64,000 bases of DNA from Flectonema sp. DT1601 (taxonomy: Eukaryota): contig OZ025781.1 in assembly GCA_964019425.1 (NCBI GenBank), forward strand, positions 62,001 through 126,000. Direction: 5' to 3'. The notes below the pieces were generated by a model. That model was not told the DNA's origin and did no database searches. It saw nothing but the letters and a program-made list of their open reading frames with translations. Numbering within the stretch: position 1 is the first letter of the stretch; the number at the start of each line of letters is the position of its first letter. Shown in pieces: positions 54,851 through 64,000 of this stretch. The translations under genes and the position numbers were made by a program.

Positions 54851-55792
54851 CTACGCCATGTTTGGGTTTGCGAAATGTTTTTGAAGTCTTTCATTTTGAG
54901 TTTGTTTTCGAGAATTTACATGAAGGAGATCACAGTCTCCTTTACAACTACCGTCCATGAAATTATTACACCTACGTACTTCAGTGGCTTTTATTTTCCA
55001 CTGAGACGAGCATACCCTGCATCGGAGCAAAGCAAATTGTCTCTTAATACGAACGCTATCCCAATCATTGTGATTACATGGTCTATCTAGAGTTGGTGGT
55101 GGTAATTCTGGTACTTTATCCGACTCAGAGCTCAAGCCACAAGACGAAGCTGTTTCCTCACTTGGCATCGCTGCTGCATACGCTGGAACTGCTTTTACCG
55201 GTTGCTGGACTGGTGAGATGCATGGCTCATCGATACCTCCGTACATTTGTTGACATGTGTATCCAGGAGTTACAAGCATATGGGATATTTTACCATCGAG
55301 AAGCTTTACGTAGAAGAATCGACGTTCTACCATACTTGTTGTCCAACCTTTTTGTTTTATTGAAACATTGAAGTTCATTTTAACTCGATCCTTTGCAAGC
55401 ATATGAGAACTCTCAAGACATAAAGTAAGTGTTGATGATGGCCCTCCAAAAACATTCTCACAGATGATATTGTAAGCGAGTACACAGTCTTTTTTACCTG
55501 TTGCAAATAAAGGAAGTGGCATCTCTAAGGTGTCCCACACTATGTCTTCATGGAGCCATTTTTGATATGCCTCAGCTATGGTTCCAAATTGCATTCCTCT
55601 AATAAAGTCTCCGAAGAAGTTTCGAACCAACTCATTAGTGATGTTGGCCTCATTCATGTCTTCTGGAGCAATCCTTGTCTCTTCTAACATTGAAGCATCT
55701 TGTTGACTCTTTTCATGTGGTGAACGAGTATCTTGAGATGGATACGTGCGCTTACTGTTGAGCACGTCTTCAGTTCCTATGATGCCGAACAT
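54851..55792 (-). CDS. SnoaL/NTF2-like domain plus C-terminal Zn-ribbon/CCCH-like module, about 313 aa
   Basis: KWLHEDIVW...GKKDC...LLDGKISHM (NTF2/SnoaL-like); PCNHNDWDSVR..LRCRVCSSQW..RCNNFMDGSCKGDCDLLH; probable 5'UTR intron 55927-55830 (GTGAGT..AAAACAG). Confidence 0.7.
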   Translation of the reverse strand: MFGIIGTEDVLNSKRTYPSQDTRSPHEKSQQDASMLEETRIAPEDMNEANITNELVRNFFGDFIRGMQFGTIAEAYQKWLHEDIVWDTLEMPLPLFATGKKDCVLAYNIICENVFGGPSSTLTLCLESSHMLAKDRVKMNFNVSIKQKGWTTSMVERRFFYVKLLDGKISHMLVTPGYTCQQMYGGIDEPCISPVQQPVKAVPAYAAAMPSEETASSCGLSSESDKVPELPPPTLDRPCNHNDWDSVRIKRQFALLRCRVCSSQWKIKATEVRRCNNFMDGSCKGDCDLLHVNSRKQTQNERLQKHFANPNMA

Positions 55793-56538
55793 TATCGTAA
55801 AGGGGTTTTTGTTAAAGTGCAATAAACACCTGTTTTAAAAAAAACAACAAAATAGTTAAGACAAGAATAAGCAAAGCTTCCACCATTCCACAGTAATACC
55901 GATGATCACTATAGAAGAAGGACTCACTCGGCTAAGCAATCAGACAAGGGAAAGCCACACAACAGATGATGTAAAGTCAACAGAAGATAATCAATTAAGA
56001 TCATCGACTCCGACTCACATCTTTATCGAGTCCTGATGGACTTGTGAGAGGAATTTTTTTTTTTTTTTTTTTTTTTTCGTTTTTCATTTTCGAATAAACA
56101 AAGAACCAGAAAATTTTGGTATACAAACACGAGGTTTTTTGACAAAAAAAAAAAAAAAGAACAGAAAAAAACTTATTTGTCGATTATCTATAAAGACCTC
56201 CCCTCAGGCTATCTAATGAAATAATTTCCAATCGATACGATGCCAAGACTACCCCTAGCGTGAGAGTCAGAGTATTAAAGTTGATCGACGATAATAAAAC
56301 TGAGTAATTTTAAAAAAAAAAAAAGAAAGAAAAAACCCACAAAGTGTAACAATACACTTGGTTCTTAGATACCACACCTTACATAAAAATAATACTGACC
56401 AACAATGAGTTTTGATTATGTGAAGATGCTTAAATACAAAAACAACGACACGACGTGAGTTGACGCAACGTACACTAAATAACCATTCTGGTTGGTATGA
56501 AACATATCTATCAATTCCAGAATGAATCAGAGGAATGA

Positions 56539-56964
56539 CTACGTTGCTTCAATTCCACAGTAAAGAGCGATGCAGGCGGCAGCTCCAAATGTGTGAAGAC
56601 CGCAGTGACACCACGATGCTTCATCATGATATTTATTTAATCCATTATATATCGCACCCATATAACATAAAACACCAGTTACACTTAGAACACAACATGC
56701 TAGTAAGAAAGGTTGACTACAGTCGAAAGCCTTTCCAATATGAAATGCGGCTGAAACATAAACCGTGAGCAGATCAACATTTCTTCGAATTCCCACGACT
56801 GGTTCTCTCCAGTGGTTTAATGAAGTTAATAAAACCACAGTTGCGACAGCAGCACAATCCCATATTCCAAAGTAACCAGCGACGACAGCGGCTGCTCCTG
56901 ACAGACAGCTACTCCGTAATATCCTTTTTGACATCTCTGGGGGGTACATTAGATCTCGACCCAT
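56539..56964 (-). CDS. Small multi-pass membrane protein, CREST/hemolysin-III-like, 141 aa
   Basis: About 5 hydrophobic segments; TSLNHW, RRNVD, HCGLH motifs; A-run before the ATG. Confidence 0.65.
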   Translation of the reverse strand: MGRDLMYPPEMSKRILRSSCLSGAAAVVAGYFGIWDCAAVATVVLLTSLNHWREPVVGIRRNVDLLTVYVSAAFHIGKAFDCSQPFLLACCVLSVTGVLCYMGAIYNGLNKYHDEASWCHCGLHTFGAAACIALYCGIEAT

Positions 56965-57134
56965 TTTTTTTTTTTATAGCGTGGAAATAGGAATCCAGCT
57001 GGTTAGAGAAATTGTGTTTTAAACTACAACAACTACACGAGAAAAAAAAAAAATTTTTTTTTTTAAAAAAAGTGCTAGTAGGTAATCTATATAAAAAAAA
57101 TAATAATAATAAAAAAAGTTACAATTTTTTTCAG

Positions 57135-60100
57135 TTAAAAACCTTTCTTTGGTACAAGAATAGTACTCAGCAGACTTCGAGTAGCTGTTGGAGGATTTCT
57201 CTTTACGGGATTTCGATTTTGACCATTTCGAGAAATCGGAACAAATTTCTTCCAAGAAACAGTGAAGTCGATAAAATAATTAAACTCCTCATCCATGAGT
57301 TCTCTTCGATCATCTGATTCTCGGAGTTGTAAGTCATTCAAAGCTGTTGTTGGGTTCATCGATTTTAATTGTTTAGTTTGAGAACCTAAAAAGTCAACGA
57401 CATCAGAGAGATGATGTCGGAATGCTTCCCGAGATCCAATCAAGTCGATCAGATGAAAATTTTGTTGACGAATTGTTGGATTTAACGTTTCAGTTAAAAG
57501 TAAAATTGATTTTCCAAATTGAAAACAGATTTGACTTGACTCAGATAACCACTCACTTCTAATTATTGATCGCATTGACATTTCGACATCCTCAACAGTT
57601 GTGAGTTGAAGTAACCACATCCGAACTAATGGACTCGTGTTATTAATTTCCAACTTATAATACTCTTCTTGAATCATTGAGTGCTCTTCCATCTCTCTTT
57701 TCATATCACTAATTAGAACTAGTGACTTGTCGAGTTGGTTTCGATTTTTATTTTTTAGATCTTCTTCAACATCCAAATCGTTCTTCAAATCAAAATTTCG
57801 GTTGACAACATCATTCAGGCTTTCCTTATAATGAATTACTTGACGTTCAGTTTCAAAGAGGATTTTATTTTTTTCATTTATTGATGATTTCAGATTAATT
57901 ATTTCTTCTAACGACCAATCTAACGAAATCTGTTGTCTGTTTATGAAAGATTTCTTGTGGAGGATTGCTGAAGAGTCTTCGTTGTCTGACTTCGACTGAA
58001 GTCGAAGGATTGTATTGTTGATATCCGCGACTTTTAATTCCAAATCTTCATTCACCCGACGTTGACTTGGAATGACAGATTGGCTTTCAAGAGTGTCTCG
58101 TGGCAAATTCGCTATTCTAAGTATTTTTTTTATCATCAAATTCTCAATTTTATATTGAGATATTTCAGCCTTGTTTACTAACCATGTTCTCTGAAGATTC
58201 TGATGGTGGAGTCGTTCAAGAACATGTTTTTCAATTGTTTCCGTGTGTTTTGAGATGCTTTCAGATTGACACATTCTTTTTGTTTGCTGACGTTGTATGA
58301 CTCCACGGAGCATTTTATTTAGTAACTGTTTAGTGCCGTTCATAGCCTGTCGTAGTTCAATTTTTGATTTGACTGGGAAACTCTCACAAGTTCCAAAACC
58401 CCACTGTTGCTGTGAAAGCAGCAATTTTTTCATCTCCCATGCGGTTCGAGTTTTTTTAATGTTCGATGCTTTTGAGCGAGTCTCACGAACAAGTTTGCAA
58501 TTTTGTTCAAAATCAATCATCGCTACAGTTCCTATCAAATGGCTTGCATCCGTTCCAGCAGACCTCATCCCCCATGTCGGAGCGACGTCTGGTATAACAC
58601 GCCGTGGTACTGCTGAGTTACATAGTTTACAGTCTCCAATTGGTATTTCAGTTTTATTAATAGTTTTAAGTTTATAATTAACACGCGATGGAATAGGAAT
58701 CTCTTCATGTATCGGACAGAAGAAGAAATCCGCTTCCGAAGAACCGATTATCGACTCCTGTTCTGAGTCGCTGTTGGTTCGTTGGATGTTTTCATATTTG
58801 TAATTATTTTGAATAGTGTCGTCATCTTTATTAGTTGAATTGTTGTCTCCGAGACTATTCTCTGATAGCGATTCATCGAAATACAATTCACAGCTCTCAA
58901 CAGAATCGTTGCAAGACTCTCCCGCATCAAGAAGGTCATCTTCTGAGAGAGAATCATCATAATAAAGTTCTGAAACGTTTACATCGATTCCCGGTAGAAA
59001 TGCATCTTCGGTCTCATTTTCCCGAGAATTTGAATCAGAGTGACTGTTATTTTCAGAAGAATCGTATGCAAGTCGAAGCCCAGGAATCTCATCGTGTTGG
59101 CTGTCTTCTTCTGAAGAGTCGTCAGTGAGACGCAGCACTGGTTGGTGTGTCGCTGATTTAACTTCTATGTGATGTATTTCACTACAGCTGTTATCACCAA
59201 AAATAGATGTCAAGTACGATTCAGCACTCATGGGTATAGAAAGGGTTTTCGACACTTGTTGTCTACCTTGTTCAGAATCACTACTCTCTATCTCAGGTGA
59301 AGATTGATACCTTTCACTACTACCAAGGCTTTCACTGTCTTGTGATGGATGAGAGATCTCACAAATTGTGATTCTTTCTATGAAGTGCTGGTGAGTTAGT
59401 TTACTTCTTTCCTCCCATTCTTCTAAAAACAAATCTCTAAAAGAATTAATACTCAAGTCAATGGAGGTGTTGTAATATGAGAACGTCTCCGTCAGAATCC
59501 GATAATCATGATCCTCAACCTGCTGTGTAACAAAACGATAGTTAGATTCTTCATAAGAAAGAAATGGTAATTGCTGTTGATGTTCATTATCAGTTTCAGT
59601 AGTACAATTGTCTTCATTTCCCGTTGAAGTACTCATGACGTCCTCACACTGTTTTACGTGTTTTACTTGAAGTGTTGCAAGAGAGTAGAACTCATCGAGA
59701 AAGTCAGTTAATATGTGGGACCGACTAACTTGTTCTGCCAAGCACAAGTTCAATTCCGCGTGATTAGACATTTGAATTATCGGTGTTTTTGGTATCAGTA
59801 TCGATGGATCAGCTAAAGAAGGTGCAGAGATCGCAGTTTTAATCTTTTCTTCAAGTTCTACACTGATCTGTTCTCGCTCTGAGTCATGTCGTGTGACGAT
59901 TTCGATTTCGTTGTCGAATTGGAAGCAAATTTGATGCCGAGAATGTGACTGCTGAGTGGTTGCTTTCTCACGTGCAGACCTCTCCTTCTCTTCAAGGATT
60001 TGAATGTATAAGGTGAGTATTAATTTATGTTTTGTTAATTTTGATGTATCTTGTTCTCTCGAAGCTTCAATTTCCTGAAGTGCCGTTGCAATTCGATCCT

Positions 60101-60773
60101 CCGCAGCGTTGTGAAGTAATCTCTGGAAATCTAACTCCAATGTAAGTGAAGTCATTTTTGTGAATGGAATACGACGACGTAGGTACTCAAGCTGATCTTT
60201 CTTGTGAATGAAATCAACTTCCAAGTCCCGATACCATCGTTGAAGTTTTGTTCCTTTTGGTCTCTTATGGATTCCAACTCTGTTTTGCAATGTTATTGGA
60301 AACGGCAACTTACTCGAAGGTACTACAATTTGAGTATCTGGAATTGATTTCATTACCAAGTTGATAATGTTATCACTGTCAGATGGGTATCGGAGAGTTA
60401 CGTAATTCGAAATATTTATGAAGTGTTGTTCTGATACTGAACTGATTCCTCTACACTTGTTAATGCTATTGAGAGTTGTTTCTCTTTGTTTATTATTATG
60501 AATTAATATTAACAGATCTACCCTGTGTGATCCAACGTGAAGTACATTGTAAACATTTGTTGCGCTGCTTGATCTGAGATCCTTTCCTTGAATTGAAATT
60601 CGTTTTGTTGTGGTTGCAATAATTCGATTGTCAGTTATATCTAAAACACAATTTTCTAACTTTGGAGGTGATTTTAAACATTTATCAAACAGAACTATGA
60701 CGGTACATCGAGTCTCAGATTGCAAGATGTTTTCTCTTTTATTGACAAGACAAGTTCTCGAATGTGATGTCAT
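57135..60773 (-). CDS. Uncharacterised coiled-coil/acidic low-complexity protein, 1212 aa
   Basis: 3.6 kb intact ORF; recurring ExxxR helical motifs; acidic Ser/Asp-rich centre. Confidence 0.7.
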   Translation of the reverse strand: MTSHSRTCLVNKRENILQSETRCTVIVLFDKCLKSPPKLENCVLDITDNRIIATTTKRISIQGKDLRSSSATNVYNVLHVGSHRVDLLILIHNNKQRETTLNSINKCRGISSVSEQHFINISNYVTLRYPSDSDNIINLVMKSIPDTQIVVPSSKLPFPITLQNRVGIHKRPKGTKLQRWYRDLEVDFIHKKDQLEYLRRRIPFTKMTSLTLELDFQRLLHNAAEDRIATALQEIEASREQDTSKLTKHKLILTLYIQILEEKERSAREKATTQQSHSRHQICFQFDNEIEIVTRHDSEREQISVELEEKIKTAISAPSLADPSILIPKTPIIQMSNHAELNLCLAEQVSRSHILTDFLDEFYSLATLQVKHVKQCEDVMSTSTGNEDNCTTETDNEHQQQLPFLSYEESNYRFVTQQVEDHDYRILTETFSYYNTSIDLSINSFRDLFLEEWEERSKLTHQHFIERITICEISHPSQDSESLGSSERYQSSPEIESSDSEQGRQQVSKTLSIPMSAESYLTSIFGDNSCSEIHHIEVKSATHQPVLRLTDDSSEEDSQHDEIPGLRLAYDSSENNSHSDSNSRENETEDAFLPGIDVNVSELYYDDSLSEDDLLDAGESCNDSVESCELYFDESLSENSLGDNNSTNKDDDTIQNNYKYENIQRTNSDSEQESIIGSSEADFFFCPIHEEIPIPSRVNYKLKTINKTEIPIGDCKLCNSAVPRRVIPDVAPTWGMRSAGTDASHLIGTVAMIDFEQNCKLVRETRSKASNIKKTRTAWEMKKLLLSQQQWGFGTCESFPVKSKIELRQAMNGTKQLLNKMLRGVIQRQQTKRMCQSESISKHTETIEKHVLERLHHQNLQRTWLVNKAEISQYKIENLMIKKILRIANLPRDTLESQSVIPSQRRVNEDLELKVADINNTILRLQSKSDNEDSSAILHKKSFINRQQISLDWSLEEIINLKSSINEKNKILFETERQVIHYKESLNDVVNRNFDLKNDLDVEEDLKNKNRNQLDKSLVLISDMKREMEEHSMIQEEYYKLEINNTSPLVRMWLLQLTTVEDVEMSMRSIIRSEWLSESSQICFQFGKSILLLTETLNPTIRQQNFHLIDLIGSREAFRHHLSDVVDFLGSQTKQLKSMNPTTALNDLQLRESDDRRELMDEEFNYFIDFTVSWKKFVPISRNGQNRNPVKRNPPTATRSLLSTILVPKKGF

Positions 60774-61700
60774 TTTTTTTTTTTTTTTTTTTTGTTACAT
60801 TTGGCTGGCTATATCCTGTGGTTTTAAAAAAAAAAAAGAAATATTACTTAAATTTTTGGTTACCTTTTATTAAAAAAAATTATTCAGTTAAAAAAAAAAC
60901 TTATTTTTTTCCTTTTTTTTTTTTTTTTTTTTTTGTTGTTTTTTCTCGAAATCTAACAAACTTGTGAACAGATTCCATTAACATGTAAACAATTAAAAAA
61001 AATAATATTTTTTAAAAAAAAAATAAAAAGTAATAAAAACAAACGAAACAAAAAAACAAATAAATAAATAAATAAATCAGCAGGATAAAAAATATAGGGA
61101 AAATAAAAGGAGAACGGAAAAAAAAAAAAAAAAACAGAGCAAAAACAGAGTTGGAAGAAAACCAGCTGCAGCTGATTAGGCGGAACCCAAAATCTTTTTT
61201 TTTTTTTTTTTCCCCCTTCCTTGCTTCGCAAACAATTATTACAATATCAGCACATGAAAAAAAAAAGAAAATTTCAGAACAACATTAATCTGTTGTTGTT
61301 CTGACTAAAGGACATTACTTACTCTGCAGAGATTGCAAACAATAAATACATCAGCTCAGAATTCAGTGAAAAAGGTGATGATTTTGTTTTGTTTATTCTC
61401 TATTTATCCATCAAATACGGTTTTTTTTTTTTTTTTTGGGAGAAGGGACACCACAACACTGAGAGAACACACTGAGGGAACCCTTGCCTTAACATTACAC
61501 CATAAAATGCAAATTGCCAACGCAAATGGAATTTTTTTTTTTTTTTTTTTAAAACAAGAAAACATGAGAAGGTTAGACAAAAAAATAGCTGAAGCAGTAC
61601 GCTTGTGTTGTAAAATCACCAAACAAAAAAAAAAAAACAGCCACCTTGTGAATACCACTGAAAAAGAAAAAAAAACTTATCTAAAATAATAATAACATTG

Positions 61701-61739
<39 letters not shown>

Positions 61740-61933
61740 AACCGTAACAAGAAAAGGGATGAAATTTAAACATTTATACGGAGCAACATATAAGCAAACA
61801 AACATGTTGGTACACTCTTGGGTAACCAATCAATCAAATACTATTCTCTATAAGTGTTGAGGGTTGTGTCAAATATCTCAATTAATTAGAAAAGGTAACT
61901 GAGTTACAATATATATATATTTTTTTATTTTTT

Positions 61934-63724
61934 TTACGTCTTCATCTTTGGATATGATTTTCTACTAGCAGTGACAATAACACCAGGTTGGCATTCACAC
62001 TCATTAATAATTGGAGTCGATGGTAACAAACATGGGATGCCATCAGATGATGATTCAGCTATGTAGTTTGCATATCGTCTTACAAAGTTTATTTGTATCT
62101 GAGATTCAACGCTACGAGGATCTCTAAAATGTCGAACACGAGCAACAGCAGACTCCGTACTATCTACTACACCAAGACGTAAAAGTAAACAAGCTGCTAC
62201 CAGTCCTGCTCTTCCCACACCTCCACGACAGTGAACAAGGACAGATCCACCCGTTTTAATTTCCGACACTAGTTTCCGATCGACTATCTCCCTGTCAAAT
62301 TCTGCGGCATCTGACGGAGCAGCCATTTCAATAATGGGATAATTTATTAATTTAACATTTCTTTTTGAACACACTTGATCATACATTTCTGGATGAACTC
62401 CCAATGTTCTCAACTCTGAAGGATTCAACAAACATAAAATACTTGTGATTCCAAACTTATCTTTTGCGTGTTGAATATCATTGTTAAGTGAGCGTAAGTA
62501 GCTCTTACCGTTACGGCCAGCAGCCATCTTTTTACCTGGACAGGTACTTAAATATAAAGAACCACCTTCAGCTGACTTATAAACAATGGAGGCTCTAAAA
62601 GGAGCCACTTTACTAGTCTCAGCTAAGGTTTCGTCTTTCTTCATGGCAACTTGTTGAGCCTTTCCTCTCCGCAAGAATGGTCGTCTTCCGAACACCTCCT
62701 TCGGTGATGTCGCATTTGGTGATACCGGAGATGTCGGTCCTCTAAAACTGTTCTCCAGTCCAGTGGTGGGTGATCCTGGAGATGTCAGTTGTATAACACT
62801 GCTTTCCAGTCCATTAATAGATGATCCTGGAAATGTTGGTCGTGTGAAACTATTTTCCAGTCCAGACGGTTTTCTAATACTGTTTTGTCTATTTACTGGT
62901 GATCCCGGAGATGGACCTCCAAAACTGTTTTGTCTATTTATTGGCGATCCAGGACCAGGAGATGGTCTTCTATAACTGTTTCCCAGTCCAGGTCCTCCAA
63001 AACTGTTTTGTCTATTTACTGGCGATCCAGGACCAGGAGACTGTCCTCTAAAACTATTCCCCAGTCCAGACGGTTTTCTAATACTGTTTTGCCTATTTAC
63101 TGGTGACCCCGGAGATGGACCTCCAAAACTGTTTTGTCTATTTATTGGTGATCCCGGACCAGGAGACTGTCCTCTATAACTGTTCCCCAGTCCAGACGGT
63201 TTTCTAATACTGTTTTGTCTATTAATTGGCGATCCGGGACCAGGAGACTGTCCTCTAAAACTATTTTCCAGTCCATATGGTTTTCTAATACTGTTTTGCC
63301 TATTTACTGGTGACCCTGGAGATGGTCCTCCAAAACTGTTTTGTCTATTTACTGGCGATCCAGGACCAGGAGACTGTCCTCTAAAACTATTCCCCAGTCC
63401 AGACGGTTTTCTAATACTGTTTTGTCTATTTACTGGTGACCCCGGAGATGGTCCCCCAAAACTGTTTTGTCTATTTATTGGTGATCCAGGACCAGGAGAT
63501 TGTCCTCTATAACTGTTCCCCAGTCCAGACGGTTTTCTAATACTGTTTTGTCTATTTACTGGTGCTGGAGATGGCCTTCTGATACTATTTTGTCTACTAA
63601 CTGGTGATCCTGGAAATTGTTTTCTAATACTGTTTTGTCTATGTATCGGTGATCCCAGAGATGGTCTTCCAATACTGCTTTCCAGTCTATTAATTGTAGT
63701 GGCTGGTGCAACGTCAGCAGACAT
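61934..63724 (-). CDS. Dual-specificity/CDKN3-like protein phosphatase with N-terminal tandem repeats, 596 aa
   Basis: CX5R loop VHCRGGVGRAG; LSTCPGKK, RSLNNDI, YPIIEM, RDPRSVESQIQ. Confidence 0.88.
   Translation of the reverse strand: MSADVAPATTINRLESSIGRPSLGSPIHRQNSIRKQFPGSPVSRQNSIRRPSPAPVNRQNSIRKPSGLGNSYRGQSPGPGSPINRQNSFGGPSPGSPVNRQNSIRKPSGLGNSFRGQSPGPGSPVNRQNSFGGPSPGSPVNRQNSIRKPYGLENSFRGQSPGPGSPINRQNSIRKPSGLGNSYRGQSPGPGSPINRQNSFGGPSPGSPVNRQNSIRKPSGLGNSFRGQSPGPGSPVNRQNSFGGPGLGNSYRRPSPGPGSPINRQNSFGGPSPGSPVNRQNSIRKPSGLENSFTRPTFPGSSINGLESSVIQLTSPGSPTTGLENSFRGPTSPVSPNATSPKEVFGRRPFLRRGKAQQVAMKKDETLAETSKVAPFRASIVYKSAEGGSLYLSTCPGKKMAAGRNGKSYLRSLNNDIQHAKDKFGITSILCLLNPSELRTLGVHPEMYDQVCSKRNVKLINYPIIEMAAPSDAAEFDREIVDRKLVSEIKTGGSVLVHCRGGVGRAGLVAACLLLRLGVVDSTESAVARVRHFRDPRSVESQIQINFVRRYANYIAESSSDGIPCLLPSTPIINECECQPGVIVTASRKSYPKMKT
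62850..63660 (-). repeat. Coding tandem repeat with 13 RQNS cores; 15-aa and 27-aa subunits forming a 42-aa (126-nt) higher-order unit
   Basis: GSP(V/I)NRQNS(IRKPSGLGNS|FGGPSP) repeats visible in DNA and protein. Confidence 0.9.
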
Positions 63725-64000
63725 GTTGTGTTGTTATTTTCTACTGAAGAAAATCAAGTTTTATTGAGTCTTAAGATAACCATTCGATCCACAGTATAGT
63801 TAGACTCAAAAAAAAAAATAGTTTCATTTAATTATCCATCCGTCTTAAAAAGGATAGTAACGACGACGATAATAAAAATGTCAATCTGGTCCGACAAAAC
63901 AAAAAAAAGAATTTGGTTAAGAAAATCGGAAGAAAAATTTCGGAATCGCATCTTCAAAAGGGATAGAAGCAAAGACGCTGAAAGGTCAAAATTATATCAA

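Noticed and set aside
1..64000. tRNA, rRNA or CRISPR arrays
   Set aside because: No cloverleaf, rRNA-like or repeat-spacer structure seen; the tandem repeats found are protein-coding or simple microsatellites.

Overview
AT-rich eukaryotic nuclear DNA with long poly(A)/poly(T) tracts. All 22 credible protein-coding genes lie on the minus strand, mostly intronless, with a few short (67-92 nt) GT-AG introns and AG acceptors just upstream of start codons. This fits a euglenozoan directional (polycistronic, trans-spliced) gene cluster, most likely from a diplonemid (inference). Recognisable genes: 3-mercaptopyruvate sulfurtransferase, Fam20/FJX-type secretory kinase, Nup155, SNF1/CIPK-like kinase with C1 domain, stand-alone PolI-type 5'-3' exonuclease, PH-PAK kinase, KH-repeat protein, Ttd14-like NTPase, SmG, MLO, SufB, C2 protein, SnoaL/Zn-finger protein and a CDKN3-like phosphatase. 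Highlights: (1) an intact cyanobacterial/plastid-type SufB with no plastid presequence; (2) a cNMP-binding domain fused to a peroxisomal-type mitochondrial carrier; (3) a mucin-stalked surface protein with a truncated GH18 domain whose catalytic DxDxE reads NxNxQ; (4) a 3-exon 57-aa microprotein missed by the ORF track; (5) introns with A-rich (AAAACAG) rather than polypyrimidine 3' splice sites; (6) a LINE relic and a related dispersed repeat in long non-coding spacers. All family calls come from motif recognition; no database searches were run.
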